A stretch of DNA of 32,000 nucleotides, taken from Chlamydiota bacterium (lineage in GTDB: Bacteria; Auribacterota; JACPWU01). The notes beneath the pieces were generated by a model, which did not search any database, was not told the DNA's origin, and saw only the letters and a list, made by a program, of their open reading frames with translations. A program made the position numbers and the translations under genes. Below, piece after piece: positions 25,088 to 32,000 of this stretch (position 1 is its first letter; each line of letters begins with the position of its first letter). The stretch is taken from NCBI GenBank assembly GCA_016196885.1, contig JACPWU010000011.1, positions 1 through 32,000 on the forward strand, in the 5' to 3' direction.

Positions 25088-26428
25088 TTACTTTCCAAAA
25101 AAATCGGATCCCCATCTCATGAGATCGTGATATGTCACAAAAAGGGCCAGAAAAATAAAGGCTGCCACAAAAACATTTTGAATCAACACCATCGCTTTTT
25201 TCGGAAGAGCTCGTCTAAAAATCATTTCAATCCCATTGAATAAAACATGCCCGCCATCCAAAACTGGAATGGGTAAAAGATTAAAAATTCCTAAATTGAC
25301 ACTGATCAACGCCATGAGCGCCAAAAGATAAGAAAATCCTACTTTTGCAAAGGCCCCAATCATCATGACAATGCCCAGAGGACCTGCCAATCCTTTCGGT
25401 GAAACGGTTCTGGCAAAAAGTGCTCGCAAGGTCTCAAAAATGCTCGCAATGTCATGCGCCATGGCCAAGAAGGGATTCGGATGTTCTTCCTCAAATTTAA
25501 AATCCCTGGTAAAACCAATCATGAATTTCTTCTGACCTGAATTCCAAAGAGGTTTAACGTGAAGGGTCACGTGTCTAGAGGAGCGTTCAACTTCCAAGGA
25601 GGTTTCTTGATCGCGATTCTCTTCCAACTTCTTCATCAAAACATCCCATTGATAAACAGGCTCGCCTCTAAATCCAATGATCATATCCCCTTTTTGAAGA
25701 CCCGCCTTTTCACCCGAGCCCTGTTTTTGAACCTCACCGACGAGAATGCTTTCAGCCGCGGAAATCCCAATCAAACGAAGCCCCTTTTCTTGATCCATCC
25801 GCGGGCTCACCGCGATTTTTATTTCTTGTCCATCCCTCAAGATTTTGAGCAAGACACTTTCATGATAAGACAAGGCTGTGGCGTTGATAATATCCTTCCA
25901 ACTGGAAACCGCTTTACCGTCTACTTCCAAAATCCGATCGCCCAATTGAAGTCCCGCATCTTGGGACGGAGATTTCTCCAAAATACTCCCGATCATATTG
26001 GATTTTTCATCCACCACCGTGGGCTTTCCAATCACAAAAATCACACAATAGATTAAAAAACCAAAAAGGAGATTCATGGCAGGTCCCGCCAAGCACGTTA
26101 AAATACGCCGCCCAGGTGAGACAGCGTAAAATCCACCCTCTGGAACCTCCTGGCTTTGCCCTTCCAATTCATCCCCCACAAATTTGACAAACCCGCCAAA
26201 GAAAAGCCACGAAATACAATACTCCGTCTCTCCCCTCTTCCAAGAATAAATCTTGGGGCCAAATCCAATGGAGAATTTCAACACCCGAATTCCACACCCT
26301 CTTGCCACCAAAAAATGTCCCAACTCATGAACAAAGACAACCACCCCCAAGGCAAAAAGAGGAATGAATCCATTAAAAAATATTTTCCCGATCAAGCCTT
26401 CCATGCCAAAGCCTCCTCTCTCGCCCAA
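25088..26428 (-). CDS. rseP: RIP metalloprotease RseP (site-2 protease, M50)
   Basis: 446-aa ORF with HELGHFLVA, PDZ region(s), and C-terminal NLLPIPVLDGGH. The start is uncertain (overlaps the dxr 3' end; alternative ATG at 26404). Confidence 0.9.
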   Translation of the reverse strand: MGERGGFGMEGLIGKIFFNGFIPLFALGVVVFVHELGHFLVARGCGIRVLKFSIGFGPKIYSWKRGETEYCISWLFFGGFVKFVGDELEGQSQEVPEGGFYAVSPGRRILTCLAGPAMNLLFGFLIYCVIFVIGKPTVVDEKSNMIGSILEKSPSQDAGLQLGDRILEVDGKAVSSWKDIINATALSYHESVLLKILRDGQEIKIAVSPRMDQEKGLRLIGISAAESILVGEVQKQGSGEKAGLQKGDMIIGFRGEPVYQWDVLMKKLEENRDQETSLEVERSSRHVTLHVKPLWNSGQKKFMIGFTRDFKFEEEHPNPFLAMAHDIASIFETLRALFARTVSPKGLAGPLGIVMMIGAFAKVGFSYLLALMALISVNLGIFNLLPIPVLDGGHVLFNGIEMIFRRALPKKAMVLIQNVFVAAFIFLALFVTYHDLMRWGSDFFGK

Positions 26429-27588
26429 CGATCTGATTCCAAAATTTCCAAAAGGGTCATCCCCGATCCATTGTCTTGATGTTTCTCTAAAACGGCTTCT
26501 ACCAAATGGGCAATTTGCAAAAATTTAATTTTTCCCTGCAGAAATTTCGATACGGCCACTTCATTGGCTGCGTTTAAAACAGCTGGATAAGTTCCCCCTT
26601 TTTGAAGGGCCGCCCTCGCCAGACGAAGCGCTGGAAATTTTTCCGGATCCGGATCCTTAAAAGTCAATGTTCCCACTTGAGCCAAATTCAAACGGGGAGA
26701 GGAACCATTCAGGCGTGTGGGATAACACAACGCATATTGAATAGGCAACTTCATGTCCGGAACACCCAATTGGGCCAGCACAGAACCATCCACAAATTCA
26801 ACCATGGAATGAACAATGCTTTGGGGATGAATCAAAATCTGAATTTGATTCTCCGGCAATCCAAAAAGCCAGTAGGCCTCAATCAGCTCCAAGCCCTTGT
26901 TCATCATGGTTGCGGAGTCCACTGTGATCTTAGGCCCCATTTTCCAATTCGGGTGTTGCAAGGCCTCCTCCACTGTCACTTTTTCGAGCTCACTCGTTTC
27001 TTTATGAAGAAAGGGCCCGCCCGAAGCCGTCAAAATAATTTTTGCCACCTCCTGTTTTGTTCCGCCTTCAATACATTGAAAAATGGCGCTGTGCTCGCTG
27101 TCCACCGGAATCATTTCCGAACCCCGTTTCCCCACCTCACTCACAAACAATTCCCCAGCCATCACCAAAACTTCTTTATTGGCCAAGAGCACCCTTTTCT
27201 TCACGTGCACAGCTTCAAGCGTTGGAATGAGACCCGCCGCACCCACCATGGCCGAAAGGACCATCTGTGTTTCGTCGTGACAGGCCACCGACTTCATCCC
27301 CTCAGGGCCAGCCATCACCTCAACGCTATTCCTACCGGATTTCGCCAAATCATGCAGGCGGTCCTTTAAAACACGCGCCTTTTCTACATCCTCAACCGCC
27401 ACCACCTGAGGTTTAAACGTGCGCACCTGCTCTTCTAAAAGATCAATGTTCGACTTTGCAGCAAGCCCCACCACTTTAAAGTGATCCGGAAAATGATGAA
27501 TCACCTCCAGCGTATTTTTTCCAATGGACCCTGTAGAGCCCAAAATGGAAACGCCTTTGACACCATTTAAATCTTCTTGTTTTGTCAT
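26392..27588 (-). CDS. dxr: 1-deoxy-D-xylulose 5-phosphate reductoisomerase
   Basis: VSILGSTGSIGKNTLEVI, LANKE, and the (V)DSEHSAIFQC motif. Start trimmed to MTKQEDL (ATG 27588, GGAG 7 nt upstream). The track ORF start at 27618 lies in the hairpin arm. Confidence 0.92.
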   Translation of the reverse strand: MTKQEDLNGVKGVSILGSTGSIGKNTLEVIHHFPDHFKVVGLAAKSNIDLLEEQVRTFKPQVVAVEDVEKARVLKDRLHDLAKSGRNSVEVMAGPEGMKSVACHDETQMVLSAMVGAAGLIPTLEAVHVKKRVLLANKEVLVMAGELFVSEVGKRGSEMIPVDSEHSAIFQCIEGGTKQEVAKIILTASGGPFLHKETSELEKVTVEEALQHPNWKMGPKITVDSATMMNKGLELIEAYWLFGLPENQIQILIHPQSIVHSMVEFVDGSVLAQLGVPDMKLPIQYALCYPTRLNGSSPRLNLAQVGTLTFKDPDPEKFPALRLARAALQKGGTYPAVLNAANEVAVSKFLQGKIKFLQIAHLVEAVLEKHQDNGSGMTLLEILESDRWAREEALAWKA

Positions 27589-27603
27589 AGTTAACTCCGA
27601 AAA

Positions 27604-27686
27604 CAGTCCATAGTCCATAGTCGATAGTCCACAGTTTTAAAGGAGTTCGTTTATTTCTATGGACTATGGACCGTCGACTATGGACT
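27604..27686 (-). repeat. Heptamer-periodic intercistronic hairpin (cdsA|dxr)
   Basis: AGTCCAT AGTCCAT AGTCGAT AGTCCAC (27605-27632) pairs with CTATGGA CTATGGA CCGTCGA CTATGGA (27657-27684). The 25-nt window spanning the loop (27634-27658, GTTTTAAAGGAGTTCGTTTATTTCT) is 20/25 identical to the corresponding window at 14857-14881. Confidence 0.85.
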
Positions 27687-27689
27687 AAA

Positions 27690-28517
27690 TCATATCACCA
27701 TCCAAAAATACATGATCGGGCCCGTGACAAGCAAACTATCCATCAAGTCTAACACACCTCCCATTCCTGGCAAGAGACTTCCCGAATCTTTTCTCCCGGC
27801 ATCTCTCTTCAAGGCTGACTCCATCACATCTCCGACCTGAGAAAAAAATCCCAAGAGAGTTCCTAAGCACAAAACATCTTTCCACTCGAGAGGATAAAAA
27901 AAATGTCGCGCAAAAAAATAAAGAAGTGAAGCGATCAAAATGGCCCCTAAAACCCCTGCTAAAGCTCCCTCTAATGTCTTCTTTGGACTGATTTGAGGGA
28001 CCCACTTCCTCTTTCCTATCCAAGATCCGACGAGATATGCAAAAATATCCGTGGCCTTCGTCACCAAAATGAGAAAAAGCAAAAGCCAAGCCCCGTTTCC
28101 TTGAGGGAAATAGCGGATTTTGACCAGAAAACTCGACAACCCAGAAACATAAAAAATGCCCAGCAGCGTGGTTGAAATACAAGCAATCACCGCGACACGT
28201 CCAAAGCGAGATAAGACAACCCCAAAGGTTCCCAAGATGATTAAAAAAGAAGTGAGGCCTTCCAAATGGAACTGGCTGTCCAGACGAGGAGCCAAGGCGC
28301 AAAGAAATTGGACAGAAAACAAAACAACCCCAGCAAAAATTCCAAAGAAAAGAAGAGGATGCAAAACCTTCTCATCCATCATCCGGTAAAACTCCCACTC
28401 TCCCAAAACAACCAAAATAAGACCGATCACAAGAAAAAGAGGCCAAGGGGCAAAGAAAACAATCCCCAGCATGGCTAAGATTAAAAAACAGGATGTGAAA
28501 AAACGTTGAGAGAACAT
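27690..28517 (-). CDS. cdsA: Phosphatidate cytidylyltransferase
   Basis: 275-aa polytopic ORF with C-terminal signature SALKRDAGRKDSGSLLPGMGGVLDLMDS. Confidence 0.9.
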   Translation of the reverse strand: MFSQRFFTSCFLILAMLGIVFFAPWPLFLVIGLILVVLGEWEFYRMMDEKVLHPLLFFGIFAGVVLFSVQFLCALAPRLDSQFHLEGLTSFLIILGTFGVVLSRFGRVAVIACISTTLLGIFYVSGLSSFLVKIRYFPQGNGAWLLLFLILVTKATDIFAYLVGSWIGKRKWVPQISPKKTLEGALAGVLGAILIASLLYFFARHFFYPLEWKDVLCLGTLLGFFSQVGDVMESALKRDAGRKDSGSLLPGMGGVLDLMDSLLVTGPIMYFWMVI

Positions 28518-28526
28518 ATAAAAAAT

Positions 28527-28621
28527 AGTTTTGAGTTTTTGGTTTTGAGTTTTTAGTTTTTAGTTTTTAGTTTTTAGTTTTTAGTTTTTAGTTTTTCACT
28601 CAAAACTAAGAACTCAAAACT
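28527..28621 (-). repeat. Heptamer tandem array inside a hairpin (uppS|cdsA)
   Basis: Ten in-phase heptamers at 28527-28596 (AGTTTTG AGTTTTT GGTTTTG, then AGTTTTT x7). The first 23 nt pair with CTCAAAACTAAGAACTCAAAACT (28599-28621, 21/23), leaving the pure repeat run as a ~49-nt loop. Confidence 0.85.
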
Positions 28622-28633
28622 TATAACTGTCTT

Positions 28634-29347
28634 TCAAACTACTTCTCCAAACCTCCTCTGTCTCCTTGAAAAATCCTCAATCGCCTTCCAGAGTTCATCC
28701 CTTTTGAAATCTGGCCATAGCGTTTCCGTCACCCATATCTCTGCATAGGAAATCTGCCAGAGAAGGAAATTTGAAATTCTCAGTTCGCCGCTGGTTCGGA
28801 CCAAGAGATCCGGATCAGGAATACCTTGGGTGTATAAATAATTTGAAAAAGAAGTTTCGTCAATGGCCGAAGATTGCAATTTTTCTGATTTGATATCATC
28901 GGCCACACGGCGAACCGCATCTACAATTTCAGATCTTCCGCCATAACTCAACGCCAAAACCAGAGAGAGGCCCGAATTATTTTTCGTCTTTTCAATCGAG
29001 GAGGCAAGTTCCTTACGAACATCCGCAGGCAATTGGTCCAGCCGCCCAATCGCCATCAGACGCACGCGATTTTTCATCAACTCATTCAATTCCATTTTCA
29101 GAAAAGTTTTTAAGAGAAACATGAGGCCTTTCACCTCATCCCCAGGCCTTTTCCAATTCTCAGCGGAAAAAGAATAAAGTGTGAGAAATTTAACACCCCA
29201 CTGCCCGCAAGCCCTCACCACATCTCGCACGGCCTGAATCCCCGAGCGATGCCCCTCAAGACGAGGCCACCCCTTCGCCCTGGCCCAGCGCCCATTGCCA
29301 TCCATGATAATTGCTATGTGCTCAGGAATTTTAATTGGATCGTTCAT
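28634..29347 (-). CDS. uppS: Undecaprenyl (di-trans,poly-cis) diphosphate synthase
   Basis: Start trimmed to MNDPIKIPEHIAIIMDGNGRWA (ATG 29347). The protein also has FSAENWKRP and ELRISNFLLWQ. The track ORF's extra 35 codons read through the hairpin repeat. Confidence 0.93.
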   Translation of the reverse strand: MNDPIKIPEHIAIIMDGNGRWARAKGWPRLEGHRSGIQAVRDVVRACGQWGVKFLTLYSFSAENWKRPGDEVKGLMFLLKTFLKMELNELMKNRVRLMAIGRLDQLPADVRKELASSIEKTKNNSGLSLVLALSYGGRSEIVDAVRRVADDIKSEKLQSSAIDETSFSNYLYTQGIPDPDLLVRTSGELRISNFLLWQISYAEIWVTETLWPDFKRDELWKAIEDFSRRQRRFGEVV

Positions 29348-29356
29348 ATATAAAAA

Positions 29357-29518
29357 CAGTCGTGGGTCGTGAGGGGTGAGTCGTGAGCAAGAGTGAAACA
29401 GTCGTAAATGGGTAGTCGTGAGTTTTGAAGATATTATTTTTTTACTCACCACTCACGACTCACCACTCACAACTGCTTTTAAGAAACTCACCACTCACGA
29501 CAGACGACTCACGACTAT
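29357..29518 (-). repeat. Largest heptamer-periodic hairpin (purA|uppS)
   Basis: Left: 9 in-phase heptamers from 29359 (GTCGTGG GTCGTGA GGGGTGA GTCGTGA ... GTCGTGA). Right: 11 in-phase heptamers from 29444 (ACTCACC ACTCACG ACTCACC ACTCACA ... ACTCACG). It fills the spacer from the purA stop to 9 nt before the uppS ATG. Confidence 0.85.
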
Positions 29519-30898
<1,380 letters not shown>

Positions 30899-31999
30899 TT
30901 AAAGAACGACCATCTTTACATCTAAAACATTCTTAACTTTGGACAACTCGGCCAATAAAGGATCCGCAATCGGGCTGTCCACATTCATCACCGTCACTGC
31001 CCGTCCGCCCGCCACATTGCGTCCGACAGTCATCCCTGCGATATTAATATTGTTCTTGCCCAAAAGCGCAGAAACCCCTGCGACCAAACCGGGCTTATCT
31101 TCATTGGATAAAACGAGCAAATAACCTGAGGGAACGGCATCCACATGGTAACCATTCATGCGAACCACACGGGCATCTTTTTTCATACCAAAAAGCGTTC
31201 CCTCGACAGAATACGCTTGTGGCCCTTCCTTTCCGTTGGTCTGGGTTTCAACTTCAATGAGATCCGCAAAATCTTGGGCGACAGAACTCTTGGACTCCAG
31301 AACTTCAATGCCTCGATTTTTCGCCAAGAAAGGCGCGTTCACAAAATTCACAGACTCCTGCATGGCCCGGCCTAAAATTCCCTTGAGAACACTGAGCGTA
31401 ATCGGTTTGACATCCAAATCAGCCACTTGCCCCGCATATCGAATGGAAACCTTCTTCATCGGGGCAGACACCAGTTGTCCCAAAAGAAGTCCCAACTTCT
31501 GTCCCAAATCTAAATAAGGCCCCAATTGTTTCATCACCTCAGGATCCAAAGTGGGTGCGTTTACAGAATTGATGATGACGCCTTTCTTTAAAGCGTGAAT
31601 CACCTGATGCGCCACCTCAAGTGCCACATTCACCTGGGCCTCTTCTGTCGCCGCCCCCAAATGAGGTGTCGCAATCACACGGTCCAATTCCAAAAGCTTG
31701 CAATCCTTGGGAGGTTCTTCCTCGAAAACATCCAAGGCTGCCCCCGCTACCTTTCCAGACTTGATAAATTCACACAAGGCGGCTTCATCCACCACGCCCC
31801 CTCTGGCACAATTAATGACTCTCACCCCTTTTTTCATTTTTTCAAAAGCGGCGGTACTAACTAATTTTTCTGTCTCCCGCGTGAGAGGGACATGAACCGT
31901 AATATAATCGGCCCGGCGGTAAAGCGTATCTAAATCCACCGCCTCGATATCGTACTTGGCTATTTTTTCCGTAGAAATAAAAGGGTCATAAGCAATCAC
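30899..31999 (-). CDS. serA: D-3-phosphoglycerate dehydrogenase (5'-partial; N-terminus lies beyond the window)
   Basis: The ORF is open to the window edge. It has the 2-hydroxyacid dehydrogenase catalytic region (INCARGGVVDE, TPHLGA) and a C-terminal ACT-like domain (LVLSNEDKPGLVAGVSALLGKNNINIAGMTVGR). Confidence 0.9.
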   Translation of the reverse strand: MIAYDPFISTEKIAKYDIEAVDLDTLYRRADYITVHVPLTRETEKLVSTAAFEKMKKGVRVINCARGGVVDEAALCEFIKSGKVAGAALDVFEEEPPKDCKLLELDRVIATPHLGAATEEAQVNVALEVAHQVIHALKKGVIINSVNAPTLDPEVMKQLGPYLDLGQKLGLLLGQLVSAPMKKVSIRYAGQVADLDVKPITLSVLKGILGRAMQESVNFVNAPFLAKNRGIEVLESKSSVAQDFADLIEVETQTNGKEGPQAYSVEGTLFGMKKDARVVRMNGYHVDAVPSGYLLVLSNEDKPGLVAGVSALLGKNNINIAGMTVGRNVAGGRAVTVMNVDSPIADPLLAELSKVKNVLDVKMVVL

Positions 32000-32000
32000 C

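Noticed and set aside
27589-27618. 10-codon N-terminal extension of dxr
   Set aside because: It lies in the hairpin arm. The internal ATG at 27588 has a GGAG SD and gives a normal distance to the GSTGSIG motif.
28527-28621. CRISPR-like array (regular short repeats)
   Set aside because: The unit is only 7 nt with no unique spacers, and there are no cas genes. It is a simple tandem heptamer repeat.
29348-29452. 35-codon N-terminal extension of uppS
   Set aside because: It is encoded by the heptamer hairpin arm (low-complexity HLRLFHSCSRLTPHDPR). UppS homology begins at MNDPIKIPEHIAIIMDGNGRWA.

Overview
Bacterial chromosomal window, moderately AT-rich by eye and densely coding. No rRNA, tRNA or CRISPR was seen, and the lineage cannot be assigned from sequence alone. 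Layout: (i) 164-2469, minus strand: a secreted tetrahaem cytochrome fusion and a DUF1573 protein. (ii) 2573-7740, plus strand: a five-gene translationally coupled operon (PqqD/RRE-like, HprK-like kinase, SipW-type S26 peptidase, PF14907-type nucleotidyltransferase, TPR), then APS reductase (cysH) and an acyl-CoA thioesterase. (iii) 7741-9099: a repeat-dense pocket with an orphan HExxH peptidase. (iv) 9100-32000: one long minus-strand run of housekeeping genes (serA partial, purA, uppS, cdsA, dxr, rseP, proS / nusA, infB, rbfA, truB, ribF, rpsO, pnp / ftsK / rodZ, rimO, pgsA-like, pgpA). The best candidate for an undescribed system is the RiPP-like operon at 2573-6425. It has the accessory enzymes of phosphorylated lasso-peptide clusters but no cyclase, no known leader protease, no exporter and no visible precursor. 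The second notable layer is non-coding. (a) Locus-specific long hairpins with arms built from in-phase tandem heptamers fill whole intercistronic spacers and run through a U-tract into the next start codon. (b) A GTAG-headed REPIN-like family has 4 copies. (c) A MITE-like element with perfect 23-bp terminal inverted repeats has 2 copies, each just upstream of a gene start. (d) A 196-bp composite palindrome lies between infB and rbfA. All family assignments are motif-level reads by eye; no searches were run.
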